From Octopus sinensis (Eukaryota): a DNA stretch of 64,000 bases. The notes under the pieces were generated by a model that was not told the DNA's origin, did no database searches, and was given only the letters and a program-made list of their open reading frames with translations. The DNA is taken from positions 39,370,001 through 39,434,000 of the forward strand of contig NC_043006.1 of assembly GCF_006345805.1 (NCBI RefSeq), given 5' to 3'. Within the stretch, counting starts at the first letter, position 1; each line of letters starts with the position of its first letter. The translations under genes were made by a program, and so were the position numbers. Positions 1-12,897 of the stretch are shown here, one piece after another.

Positions 1-603
1 CTATGAATTTCATTGGGACATGTGCAAAAGACATAGTAAATTCAGTTTTTTTACCGAGGGGTGAAACGTAAAGAGAAGTCAAGATTTCGTTCTATTGTAT
101 TGTAAGATGGCTATCAAGTAGCAAGTTATTGAACAAGCTCGTTACTCTTAAAGAACCAATTATTGCTTTGGAATGGAAAAAAAAAAGAAACCAATTTACC
201 CACAATCAGAAGATCTCCCATGAGTACAGTATCTGATATTCTTTTACAGATTTTACGCAACCTGTGCAATATTTAAACCTGGCACTTTTAGGAAAAGGAC
301 AATGTTATTTCAGAACTTGACCATATAGTTTTAATTTTAAAGAATAAAGCCATCTAGTTAACGAAGAAATTTTCCCTTTTCAAACCTTAAATTATGGACA
401 AAAATTTTTCTTGAGATTCAAATAAAAAAATTATGAAGTGAAACAGTACGAAAGAAACTTAGAAACATTTTCTGATGATTTTGAGAGCTGCTTAGAGAAT
501 CTAAAAAAAAGCTAGAACCATGCTTCAAATTTCGTGTGAATTCTTCTTCGATTAATGTTGTTTACGATAGACATATCTTCTGACAGCACCACTCGCTTTT
601 GAT

Positions 604-861
604 GTGATTTTAAAAGAGTTAGAGGATGTAACTCTGAAACTTGCACAGAAAACCTTATCTCTGACGGTTGAAACAAAGCCCAGAAGCAAATCGTATTTTC
701 AAACAAATTCTTCCAACTCATTTCTGTTTTACGAACAACTTACTGTGGTGGATTTCTCCCCTCTGGGATGGAAATTATCAAGACAAAACATCACGCTATC
801 TTCATTAACAACCATCTCACTGAGCCCTGAGGAATTTAACATACTACCACTTGGATTTTAA
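604..861 (+). pseudogene. Possible degraded Penelope-like element (PLE) N-terminal fragment
   Basis: ORF end NITLSSLTTISLSPEEFNILPLGF resembles the 'NLS..L...E..LL..GL.F' motif at PLE ORF N-termini. A degenerate HHR-like motif lies ~530 bp downstream. Weak similarity judged by eye. Confidence 0.25.
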
Positions 862-1387
862 AGAATTGACTTTAGAAACGAAGACCTAATAAAAGAGAAA
901 TTAATCAATCTACTTTGGTGCATAAAAATATGTAGCAGCATGTTTTCTTATTTATAAACATAACTTTAAAAATATGTTGCAAAACTCCAGCATCAGAAGA
1001 ATATATGTGACTCTTCTTATCAATCAACATGACCAAAGCCTGTCATATTAGAGCTTATTAAATAATTGTTGGCTTCAAACTAATGAAATACTGTAGGATT
1101 GGTGAAGGACGTAAAGCTTTGTATACAATCGACGCAGTTTTGTTCCATTCAAGTTCGCGCAGTGTCACTTAAATTTAATCATGGCCAAATGCTTTAGAAA
1201 ATGTCATATTCTTCGTAAACAGTGATAATAAAAATGGTAACTTGCAGACAATTTTTGATAGGTTCTGGCAGGCTCCAATGTGAGTATGTCAATCGCTATC
1301 ATGTTTCGTCATAGGAGGAAACCTCCCTTTTCAGACGGATGAATCGAGTCATAGCAGACTCGATTCATTAGTGTAAGGAGACGCTGA

Positions 1388-1427
1388 GACTACCCGCTGT
1401 TTCGACAGAGTTGTGTCTCATCAAGTC
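1388..1427 (-). ncRNA. Degenerate type I hammerhead-like motif
   Basis: Minus strand: gac-TTGATGA-gaca(caactc)tgtc-GAAA-cagcggg-TA-gtc. C3->T change, imperfect stem III, 3-bp stem I. Confidence 0.35.
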
Positions 1428-2119
1428 AAGGCCACCGTTTAGAAGTTACTATATTATTAGCACTTGATATAAATAAAAATAATATTGGGAAGCAGGTTTA
1501 TATTCCTACAAAGCAGCTTGTGGTTCATTTCACGAGGCACTACATTATCTGGCTTGTCTCTTTCTGGTAACACGAATTTTTACCCAATGTCTATAAGACA
1601 CAACCCAATTTTCTGGGAAATGTTGCCATGAAGGATAGAGCGCCTTATAAATAGTAAAATATTGTAAGTTAAACTAATAGTCATTGTTTTGTTAACAACA
1701 CGCTCACACACATGTACGCGTGTAGCATGAATGTAAGGTATATATATTGTCTGTATGTAAGTACGTCTGTTTCATGTATATATATAAGAGTTTTTGTATC
1801 CATGTTTAAAAACAACTAAATCAAAATTCTTCGATCAAAATAGTCCAATTCCCAAAGTACTTTAAATAAGGTTTTTTATATGCAAAAAGTTATTGATGTT
1901 TGCTTTGAAAGTTCTCCATTTCTTAGTTTCTCTCTCTCTGAAAGATTCCTCTCCCAACATCCCTCCCCTCTCTCTTTCTCTCTCATACCGACGTTACTCT
2001 TCTCTCAAGTTATGTTTCCTCTCTGTTGATTCTTCATTCTACACCATTTTAAAATTCTTCCTCTTCTTTTCTCTATCAATGTCTTGTTTATCTAACTTAC
2101 TATAGGTGTGCGCGCGCAC

Positions 2120-2155
2120 GTATATAATACATATATATGTATATATATATATAGT

Positions 2156-2194
<39 letters not shown>

Positions 2195-2239
2195 TTACAT
2201 ATATATATATAGTTGTATATATATATGTATATATATACA

Positions 2240-2307
<68 letters not shown>
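2120..2307. repeat. (TA)n-rich microsatellite
   Basis: Direct inspection; source of the spurious YI-rich ORF. Confidence 0.95.
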
Positions 2308-2313
<6 letters not shown>

Positions 2314-2502
2314 TATTAGAGACAAAACCACTATTTTGCAAAACAAACAAGGAAAGACTTAATCAATACATAAAATTTTAATAAATAGTCAAAAAAACCG
2401 CCACTACAATCGTTTCTTGTCTTGATCGACAATCTTCAGGTGGACTTCCAATTACAAGTCAATTTCAAATAATATATATATATATATAGAGAGAGAGAGA
2501 CG

Positions 2503-2905
2503 TAGGAAAGGCTGTCTGGTAAGAAGTTTACTTCCAAACCACATGGTCCCGGGTTTAGTTCCACTGTGTGGCAACTTGGGTAAGTGTCATCTACTATAGC
2601 CTCGGGCCGACCAAAGCCTTGTGAGTGGATTCGGCAGACGGAAACTGAAAGAAACCCGTCGTATGTATATATATATATATATATATACGTGTGTATGTAT
2701 ATGTTTGGTGTCTGTGTTTGTCCCCACCATCGCTTGTCACTCGATGTCGGTGTGTTTACGCCCTCATAACTTAGCTGTTAGGCAAAATAGACCGATAGAA
2801 TAAGTACTAGGCTTAAAAAGAATAAATGCTGGGGTCAATTCTTTCGACTAAAGGCGGTGCTCCAGCATGGTCACAGTCAAATGACTGCAAAAGAATAAAA
2901 GAATA
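2503..2905 (+). mobile_element. tRNA-derived SINE (abundant composite family: head + microsatellite + 3' module)
   Basis: A/B-box-like head (ggctgtctggt...gggtttagttcc) and CORE-like 'cttgggtaagtgtcatctactatagcc'. Homologous copies at 20560-20900, 34650-35035, 35830-36240 and 62790-63300. Confidence 0.75.
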
Positions 2906-2906
2906 G

Positions 2907-2938
<32 letters not shown>

Positions 2939-3015
2939 CATGCATGTATGACTACGCATACATATGAGTTTATTAAGCTCTGGTGAATACATGTGCATAT
3001 GCATCTGTAGATATA

Positions 3016-3554
3016 CGAGAGTGAGTCAAAAAGGTATAATTTAGGACAGGTATAATTACCAACACAGGAACATGTATCATACATCAAAATTAAGCTGGTC
3101 CTCTGTGGATCACATCCTTACTTCTCAACACAGACCCAGTTTCTCTCAATAGAAATGTTCTACCTTCGAATGAGAGCATGTATCCCGACACCGTAAATTC
3201 TGTTGACTGTTCTGTGAGCCACTTCTTCACTACAGTTTTCGCTTCTTCGTCACTGTACTATCATTTCTTCGGCCCCATGAAAGAGGGTTTCAGAGGCAAA
3301 CATTATTCCAGTGACGAAGAAGTGAAAAATGAAGTGAAGAAGTGGCTCAAAATATAGTCAACAGAATTTTACGGGGCAGGGATACATGCTCTCATTCGAA
3401 TGTAAAACGTTCTATTGAGAGAACGGTGACTATGTTGAGAAGTAGGGATGTGATCCACAGAGGATCAGCTTCATTTTGACGTATGATACATGTTCCTGTG
3501 TTGGCAATTATACCTGTCCTAAACAAAATGGCATTACGTTTTGACTTACCTTCA
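3016..3554. mobile_element. Non-autonomous mariner derivative (fold-back MITE-like)
   Basis: ~100-bp inverted termini (cgagagtgagtcaaaaag...ttttgacttaccttca) flanked by TA. Interior encodes a mariner C-terminus (YHFFGPMKEGFRGKHYSSDEEVKNEVKKWL) plus a partial inverted copy. Confidence 0.8.
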
Positions 3555-4958
3555 TACAAACCTTGTAAATATTTACAGATGTGTATAATATGCATTAGTC
3601 GAAAAGTAAGAAGGCCTGTTTCCGTTCGATGGCCTGCATGACGAAAAGCAAAAATGGATAAGTTCTAATCAGGTGCTACCCAGCAAAATCTATTTTGCGT
3701 TCCTACGCAGAAAGTCCACCTGCTAAATATAGCAGCCACATCTCCCAAAAATCAGGCGTTGACGCCATCAAAACGAAAGGATACATCGGAGAATATAGTC
3801 ACTGACATATACAAAGATGGTGAGTTGGCTTTGATTGTGAATCTACTAAGAAATATTATACCAAATTTCTCCCAAATTACGCGTCCGATTGTGTTATAAA
3901 AGAAAGGTCGCTACATACGAAATTCAATGTCAATACCAAACACGCTATCTTTAAAGTAGCGTGTTCACGCCTTTGTATATATGTTTATGTGTGAGTGTAT
4001 GTATTGTTGCGCATATGTTTATATAAAAAATTACAGTCGTCACTTGTGCAGTAAGTGTGTACCTTGATATTAGTAATTGTTTTAGGTGCTCTTGCAGACG
4101 CGAGTAATTACAAGCACCACCTCGGGATTCCTATCGTTGACCAATGGAATATCTAGGAAGTAGCTACTGGTAGGAGATCGAACTATACTTATACTGGGCC
4201 GGTACTTCCTTTTATCGAGCACAAAGGAAGGAAAGCAAAGTCGAATATCAAATACAAAAGGAAATCTAAGATCAGAGCGATAGTTATGTATGTGTTAAAA
4301 AACTGCAACCATATTGTGAAAAACAATGTAGGTGACGTTTAAATTTATATTTTAACGAAGATTATATTTTTATAGAAAACTACTGATTAAACATACATAC
4401 GTAAAATAACTTGAGCTAGCTATTTCAACCGAACGTCAGTTATAAACCCCAAACATAATAATTAATTGTGGAAAGTTGGATTTACACATATTATTAACGA
4501 AAATATTTAAAATTATATGTATTTATAAATAAATAAGATTACTAATATTTTTTAGGAATTTATAATCCAGTGAATTTCCGATTGATTAGGAATAAGACTA
4601 GTTTAGAAAAAAAAACATTTAGACGTATGAATTTGGGCAATACTATAATTTAGTTGGGAAGAGTTATAAGAATAAACGTATAATTTTGACTTGTAATTGG
4701 TGACAGCCAAGAATAAGGTAAATATAAAAGGAAAGATTGGATATAAATGATAGAGCGCGGGAAGCAAAGGAAAATTTAAGTTGAAGCACAAGGAAAATAA
4801 ATAGTGAGGTGGAAAAATATACAGAAACAAATGTTTAATTTATGCTTATAAAGTGTACGCGCAAACACGAACACACACACACACGTGCTCATACACATGT
4901 GCTCATACACATGCACACACACACATGTGCTCATACACACACACACACATGTGCTCAT

Positions 4959-4990
<32 letters not shown>

Positions 4991-5142
4991 GTGGGCAGAA
5001 AAATGAACAATTATAGTGATATGTTCATATCAGCTCCCAGACATCTAACAATTTATATATATATATCCGAATTTAAATGCATCTGTGTGTGTGTGTATGT
5101 ATGCATGTTATATAGGTATATTATTATATACATAGATACGTT

Positions 5143-5175
<33 letters not shown>

Positions 5176-5291
5176 GTAAAGGGAGAGACAGAAAGAGTGA
5201 GATCTTCACATATATATCTACTCGTACATTTACATACACACACACAAACAGGTATGTATATGTATGTGTGTGTGTGTATATATATGTATGC

Positions 5292-5396
<105 letters not shown>

Positions 5397-5493
5397 AGTA
5401 TATATATATATATTTTTTTATTTATCTAGTTTCAGCTCACAAGCTGTGGCCATGCTGGGGCACCGCCATTTGGTGTTGCTACTTGGTTTGACT

Positions 5494-5908
5494 TCATGGA
5501 GGCTTTCTAGCAACTGCTATTTGGTGCATGAGAGAGTTCGATGCAGCTGCCCTCATCTGCACCTCCTGCCGTGAAGTTGGTTCATCTGGGATACCTGACA
5601 AGAAGAGATCCAGTTTCATTTTAAAGACATCTGCATCCACCCCATGCGGGTCTCTTAGGTTCTTTGGGAGGATATTGAAGAGCTGTGGGCCTCGGAAGCC
5701 CAGGCTATCACAGTATCTTGTCCTACATTTCGATGGCAAATTTGGAGTCCTTGGCACTATGCAGTGGCGCCCAGTTCTGGCATTTGTGTAACTCTCGATG
5801 CCAAAGTTTGGGACAAGTCCTTCTAGGATCTTCCATATGTATATTATGGCATATCTTTCTCGCCTACGCTCTAAGGAATAGAGTCTCAATCTCTTGAGTT
5901 TTTCCCAA
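5494..5908 (-). mobile_element. CR1/L2-group LINE 3' fragment (post-RT C-terminal domain)
   Basis: Translation [33 protein letters not shown]...FRGPQLFNILPKNLR...FKMKLDLFLSGIPDEP matches the 'L.SLE.RR.R...FK..LD.FL' end of CR1-group ORF2. Confidence 0.75.
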
Positions 5909-5960
5909 TATATATGTAGGCATATATATATATATATATGTATTTCTCTATATATATATG

Positions 5961-6000
<40 letters not shown>

Positions 6001-6521
6001 CATATATATATGCATGTATATATACACATGTATGCATATATACATGTATGTATATATATATATACGTATGTATGCATATATATATGTATGTATATATAAA
6101 TACATATATATATATATATATGTATGTATATACATATATATGTATGAGTATATACATGTATGCATGTATTTATATATATATACACACTCAGTAAGGTTAA
6201 TGGATATCATACGCTTATATAAATATTTACATGTGCAAACATATGCATGAATATGCACATACATTTAGCACAGTTTGACAAACAGATATGCATGCTCAGT
6301 TATACATATGCACATATAAGTAGACATGCAGTTGTACGCAAATGCGTATCTCTATATAACTTTAAAACATACAAACAGTGATAGATATGTTCAGGTGCTC
6401 CTAAGTATGACGTACTCAAGTACGTGTTCTCATATGTGAAGAAATAAAATAAATGTAAAAAGATTTTATAGAAATAAACAAATATAACAAAACATATGTA
6501 TATATATATATAATATATATA

Positions 6522-6552
<31 letters not shown>

Positions 6553-6644
6553 CATATGTATGTTAGAAATAAGTATTACAGCAATGACTTAACATAGCTA
6601 CATACAATTGCTCACATATATTTATACACAAAAAATACCTATAT

Positions 6645-6648
6645 CTGT

Positions 6649-6743
<95 letters not shown>

Positions 6744-6765
6744 CCTATCTATCTATCTATCTATA

Positions 6766-6856
<91 letters not shown>

Positions 6857-6857
6857 A

Positions 6858-6927
<70 letters not shown>

Positions 6928-6928
6928 C
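6645..6928. repeat. (ATCT/GATA)n microsatellite (second tract at ~7187-7292)
   Basis: Direct inspection. Confidence 0.95.
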
Positions 6929-7186
6929 TTTATAATTAGGGTTCAGCAGAGATTTGCTTCACCACATACCGAAGTTTAGAAAAAGCAGTCAAAAAAATCT
7001 CAGCTATTCCTTCTAATTTAAAAGGGGCTCCCAGAAAAACCAAAGTACTTGAAAACAATCCACGCAGGCAAAAGGGGAAAATAACGAAAATCAATCGGTA
7101 TTAGGTTGAAATGGTCTTTTTCATGCCGAATTCTACTTGGTGAAATTACTGACTACTTCTTAATTAATTAATTTTACCCTTTGTTA

Positions 7187-7293
<107 letters not shown>

Positions 7294-7419
7294 ATATATA
7301 TATAATCGAGACATTGTACAAAATGTATAAAAAGATGATGAGTAAAGCACCGGCACAATTTCGATTCCCTGTTGTTATCCGCAGATTTATTGCAGGAACT
7401 TTGTAGTGGTGGTTGGGGT

Positions 7420-7655
7420 AACATTATTAATAAAATTGGAGATGGGATGTGTAATATACGTTATTGGGTACAGCACATGTTTCGACCCATTCTGGGTCTC
7501 TTCGGATACATCAATTAAAAACCTCACTAGAGATTTCTTGAGTCGGCTTACGTACCGCTATATACCCATCAAATTCGAAGAAACCCACGACGGGTCGAAA
7601 CATGTGTTGTACCCAATAAAGGCTATTACATATCCCATCTATTTCATTAATACTG
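7420..7655. repeat. Inverted repeat whose arms each carry a degenerate hammerhead-like motif
   Basis: Minus 7468-7510: CCGAAGA-gaccc(agaat)gggtc-GAAA-catg-TG. Plus 7575-7612: TCGAAGA-aaccc(acgac)gggtc-GAAA-catg-TG. Outer arms are complementary (gatgggatgtgtaat / attacatatcccatc). Confidence 0.5.
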
Positions 7656-7679
7656 TTATATATTTTATCAACATTGTTA

Positions 7680-7851
7680 TACGATGTTGGTGTGTTTACG
7701 TCCCCACAACTTAGCGGTTCGTCAAAAGAGAAAAGAATAAGTACGAGGCTTATAAAGAATAAGTCCTGGGGTTGATTTGTTCGACTAAAAGTGGTGCTCC
7801 TGGATGGGCGCAGTCAAATGACTGAAACAAATAAAAGAATAAATGGAAAGA

Positions 7852-7947
<96 letters not shown>

Positions 7948-8130
7948 CTATATATAAGAGGGGTTTCTTTGAGATGGTGTCTCTGTTGTCCCCTTAATCT
8001 AGCGGTTCAGCAGAAGAAAACGATAAAATAAGTACCGGGCTTTTAAAAAGTAAGTAGTGGGGACTAAAATTGCTCAAGGTGGTGCCCCAGTATGGTCGTA
8101 ATATAATGACTGGTACAAGTAAAAGATGAC
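7680..8130 (+). mobile_element. Two SINE 3'-module copies separated by (TA)n
   Basis: Both match the 'ggtgtgtttacgtcccc..taacttagcggttc..aataagtact..ggcggtgctccagcatggcc' module of the 2503-2905 family. Confidence 0.65.
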
Positions 8131-8998
8131 TAGAAAAGAAAATGAAAACATATCAGGTGTGGGTCCGGCTGTTAAACTACCTCAAGAGAGCAGTACGGCA
8201 ACGAAATTCCACTAAAAATGTGGAGAAACAGTGACAATTATTTATTCTCGTAGACTGATAAAATTTAGTTTAGAATTTAAGATGTTAAAGCCAGCAGGAG
8301 GTGGTGGTAATAATTCTTCTTTTGACACAATAGCGCTGTCATCATTCTCAATGTTTTTGCTATTTATTTTCTTAATTTCCTCATATTGTGCAGTTTAATG
8401 ATGTCGAAACTGTACGTTACTACATGTCGAGCCAGATTATTTGTGGCCTCAAATCAGTTTAATTAAATTAGTTCTGTCTTTACTATCATTCTTACTCTGC
8501 TGTAAGACTCTTTACGAAGTTTCTCTTTAAAGATAGTGCTATATATCATACCCTTTAGTCACTTTTAGGAACTTGTGTGTGCCTTCCTAATCGAATTATC
8601 TGAGTTCGCTTGCATAGCCAGAATATATATCTGATGTTATGGCAAACTCACCCTTCTCAATTGTTGCTACAGCACAGTTTATTTCATCTGATCTCCATTT
8701 TAATGACATCACTGAAGCCCTTTTCAATGCTTAGTAGGCCATTTGTAGACTGTCATGCCTGTCGAAAGTTTTTTTTTCGTCCACCATAACAAAAGTTACT
8801 CCAGAGAGTTTCAATATGCTGTTGTTTGCGTTTTCTTTAATCAAATCGGGTCGGGAAAAAATTGGCAGCCTAATACCATGTTTTTTAAGTGCTCCTAGTT
8901 TTTCACTTGATTCCATGAGAATAGGGTTTACAGTTTTACGGAGATGTACTTGCATAGCGAGTGACTTGATCTCAGATCGTGTGCTGGAACGAAAATAA

Positions 8999-9186
8999 TT
9001 GCAGCGTGGAAGGTGTTTATAAGCCATTTAAGAATCACACAAAAATGCAGCACGATGTTTTGTCAGTGAACAGGTCGCGGTCTCAAAACGACGAAAATAT
9101 TTTGACAAATTAAACCTAAATGTTGAAGTGAATCTAACGGTTTTGTGTGTTTCTTAAATGGCTTATAAACACCTTCTACGCTGCAA
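8999..9186. repeat. 46-bp inverted repeat with ~96-bp spacer (MITE-like)
   Basis: ttgcagcgtggaaggtgtttataagccatttaagaatcacacaaaa (8999-9044) is complementary to 9141-9186. Confidence 0.6.
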
Positions 9187-9696
9187 GGGTTTACGGTAAT
9201 TGTCGATTATTTTCACCGAAGTAGCGTCACAATTTCTTTCCACATTCTCATTTAAGGATTAGATCAGTGTTACTCAAAGTAATATCGTATTTAGTTCTCC
9301 TTTAGACAATTGCATTAAAAACGTTGATTACTGTAATATGTAAAACACTTCCTCATAAGCAAACAATTTTTCCTGAATTCCTTCTGCCACAATTTCACAT
9401 GGAAAGGTAATGTTCTTTTTATTCCGAACCTTTTTCATTTCGATTAATTGCTTAAATAGCTGAGCAGTTAACAAACTGCGCTCTACTTCCAATTAATCTA
9501 CATGGGTTATTGTTTAGATTAGTGACTCTCAATCATTTCTTTATCTATGGACCCGTTTGGTTCCTCTTTCACTTGGATGAACCCACAAAGCCATCCGATG
9601 TTTGAAAAAGTACCATTATATTTTTATGATTAAATACAAAGAGGAATTGTAGAAAAGATTGTTAACATATTTTGTGTATTGTAGATGTAGAACCGT

Positions 9697-9992
9697 GGTG
9701 GCGCAATAGCCCAGTGGTTAGGGCAGCGGACTTGCGGTCGGAGGATCACGGTTTCGATTCCCAGACCGGGCGTTGTGTGTGTTTATTGAGCGAAAACAGC
9801 TAAAGCTCCACGAGATTCCGGCAGGGGTTGGAGGTGACCCCTGTTGTACTCTTTCGCCCCGACTTTCTCTCACTCTTTCTTCCTGTTTCTTAAGTAACGC
9901 TGCGATGGACTGATGTCCCGTCCAGCTGGGGGGAACACATACTCCATAGAAACCAGGAAACGTGAGCCTGGCTAGGCTTGAAAAGGGCGAAA
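9697..9992 (+). mobile_element. tRNA-derived SINE (tRNA-Arg-like head)
   Basis: ggcgcaatagcccagtggttagggcagcggacttgcggtcggaggatcacggtttcgattccc has A- and B-boxes. Related copies at 10535-10880, 51340-51630 and 58700-59090. Confidence 0.7.
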
Positions 9993-10534
9993 AAAAGATG
10001 TATAACCAATTTATTGCACAAACTTTAGCAGCAAAGCCTTATAAGGACCTACCCCATAAGGATTATGCGGACCCAGATTGAGAACAACTGGTTGAGACAA
10101 ATAGCAGCCCAGACTGAGTATAACAATCCATAAAGCATTCTGGATGGGACCATCCTGCCTTACTTTTTGAAGTGATGTGCAACTAGAATCGAATTCTTTT
10201 AATAATATACGTCACCTCCTTTCAAACAACCTGGTGTAATTTGAGTGGAGTTTGGCAGCTATTTGTAGCATGTCGCACAACCGCTCAGAATCTCCGTTGG
10301 CTCGTTAGTAATTCTTCATTTCCTAGTTATATATTTGTTGTCTAGTGTTTGAGATAATCCTACGATGTGGTTGCTTTTATTGTATTACAGACGCCTCACA
10401 TGTTGTTATCGTCAACAGTAGAGATGGTGCTATTGTGAAAGCGAATTCTTGGCTATTACTAGAATTACTGCTGCTTTTGACAATCTTTCAATTTTAATCT
10501 TATATTCGTCTCAGTGACAATCTACTTACGCGAG

Positions 10535-10880
10535 TGTGGAGGCGCAATGGCCCAGTGGTTAGGGCAGCGGACTCGCGGTCGTAGGATCGCGGTTTCGATT
10601 CCCAAACCTGGCATTGTGTTTGAGCAAAAATACCTATAGTTCCATGAGGCTCCTCGGGGGAGGGGGTGGGCGAAACCTGCTGTATTCTGACAGCACAACT
10701 TTCTCTCACTCTTTTTTTCTGTTTCTGTTGTACCTGTATTTCAAAGGGCCAGCCTTGTCACATGCGTCACGCTGAATCTCCCCGAGAACTACGTTAAAGG
10801 TAGACGTAAATTTCACGAGCAGGCTGTTCTGTTGATCGGATCGACTGGAACCCTCGTCGTCGTAACCGATGGAGTGCCAT
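10535..10880 (+). mobile_element. tRNA-derived SINE (same family as 9697)
   Basis: ggcgcaatggcccagtggttagggcagcggactcgcggtcgtaggatcgcggtttcgattccc head; body shared with the 58700 copy. Confidence 0.7.
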
Positions 10881-11885
10881 GGCTTTTGCGAGTAGTCAAT
10901 GTATTGTAATTCATTACTTTTGAGACCCTACTAAATATATGGTTGCGGAATTCAATGTAGGGCGATGATTTTAAATATTCGTTCGTAGAAAAAAAAAGAC
11001 CACACTGGCATATGCGATTTGAGTGTTTCAGGCTAATGTTTCTTCCCCAACAGCATGGTTCCACGTTTAGTTCCACTATGTGGTACTTCAGGCAATGTCT
11101 TCTACTATAGCCTCGGGCCGACCAAAGCCTTGTGAGTGAGTTTCATAGACAGAAACTGAAAGGAACTTGTCGTGTATATATATATAAGCAATAATAAATC
11201 TCTGAGCGATAGATATATTTCTTGCGTCAAGAAAGAGTCATTATGCCAGCATAATTAACACATGTTTCAACACACGAATTCACATAAAGAATAGTCTTAA
11301 TGGTAAAAATTTCAATTCCTTGAATCTACAAAAACGATATACATATGTATATGCGCGCGAGCGTAGTGTATAGTCAATTCGAGAATAGTCCACATTATGG
11401 ACTATACAACCCCAAAACGTCCCTGCGATATTTTTGAGATTATTGTAGTAATTGATATTGAAGGAAAGAAAATGGAGAAAGATGGATGAATGAATAATTT
11501 ATTTGTATGATATAAAGATGTTGAAATTTTGTAAAAAAAAACAAACTATTTTGTAAGCATCCTTTCAAGAAATATAACTTTGTTCTATAAGCTCATAAAA
11601 AACTTGAATAAGTTCTCCCCGTATAGTTAAAAATAGTACATTCTTAGCATATATAACCAAATGCTTAGAATTACATATCAACTAGCGGCTAGAACTGAAG
11701 CTTATGTGGGGGTTCTTTTTCGCATCTCCCATTTTTTAAAAAATTTTACAACATTTAATTTATTTGCATTGTCTTTTTTTAAAAATTTCTACATTTTGAT
11801 ATTATACACATAAATTATTCATACACCCATCTTTTTCCATTTTCTTTCAATATATACATACAAACATAACATATATATATGTATG

Positions 11886-11972
<87 letters not shown>

Positions 11973-11977
11973 GTGAG

Positions 11978-12008
<31 letters not shown>

Positions 12009-12089
12009 ATGTAATATATGTATATATCTTATATGTACATATGTATAAACGTAGATAAGCTTAGATATGTTTCGACCAAAGATTGGTGT

Positions 12090-12530
12090 CTAACTTAATA
12101 GCACCACCTGATAGTTTTGTGGTATCATGGTCCATTCAAGTAGTGAGTTCTTGTTGAGTGAGTTGTATCCAGGTATGGGTGGCTTATCTGGTATTCCTTG
12201 AAGAAATTTGTCCAGACGCAGTTTAAAAGTGATGCGGTCCTTTCCCACTTTAATCACTTTCGGGACAATGTTAAATAGTGCAGGGACTGTTGAGAAAAAG
12301 AAATTGTGTCGCAGTGTATCTATATGCTGTGAACGTGAATTGGGCAGGGGACGTATGGCCCGTGGTCCCAGCTTTCGATGAACCTTGAAGCTATTGTTCA
12401 AGTGGTTTGGGCAATGATGGCGGTATATTCTCTACATCGTGCAAATGATGTACCGTTCACAGCGATGCTGGAGAGAGTAGAGATTCAAGGCTTTAAGGTG
12501 GTCCCAGTAATCGGGATCAGTCATGCCCTT
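12090..12530 (-). mobile_element. CR1/L2-group LINE 3' fragment (duplicated at ~13749-14190)
   Basis: Minus translation DYWDHLKALNLYSLQHRCERYII...VPALFNIVPKVIK...FKLRLDKFLQGIPDKP. Confidence 0.75.
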
Positions 12531-12573
12531 AATATATCTTATAATCTATATATGTATGTAAATATATGTGTAT

Positions 12574-12897
12574 AAGCTCCAAGAGGCCATCGCCTCTAGC
12601 TAGCTATATGACACACGAACCTGCGTCCATTACAACCTTCGAACAGGGGAGGTCAGCCGCTTCACCTTGCTAGTCAGACATCTGTAACTAGGTAAATAAA
12701 ATCTTCGAACAGACGGTCAGTAGCGACACCTGCTGGGTCTGACTACGCTGCATTGATAAAGGGCAACAACCCTGAAACATGTCTGCAGATGTCTGACTAG
12801 CAAGGTGAAGCGGCTGACCTCCCCTGTTCGAAGGTTGTAATGGACGCAGGTTCGTGTGTCATATTGCTAGCTAGAGGCGATAGCCTCTTGGAGCTAA
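12574..12897. repeat. ~115-bp-arm hairpin with a degenerate hammerhead in its loop (duplicated at ~14232-14555)
   Basis: Arms 12574-12689 and 12785-12897 are complementary. Loop motif at 12748-12788: ctgca-TTGATAA-aggg(caacaa)ccct-GAAA-catg-TC-tgcag. Confidence 0.8.

Noticed and set aside
9697-9780. tRNA gene calls (also 10535, 21317 and 58700)
   Set aside because: These are tRNA-like heads that continue into repeated SINE bodies and lack a complete acceptor stem, so they were treated as SINEs.
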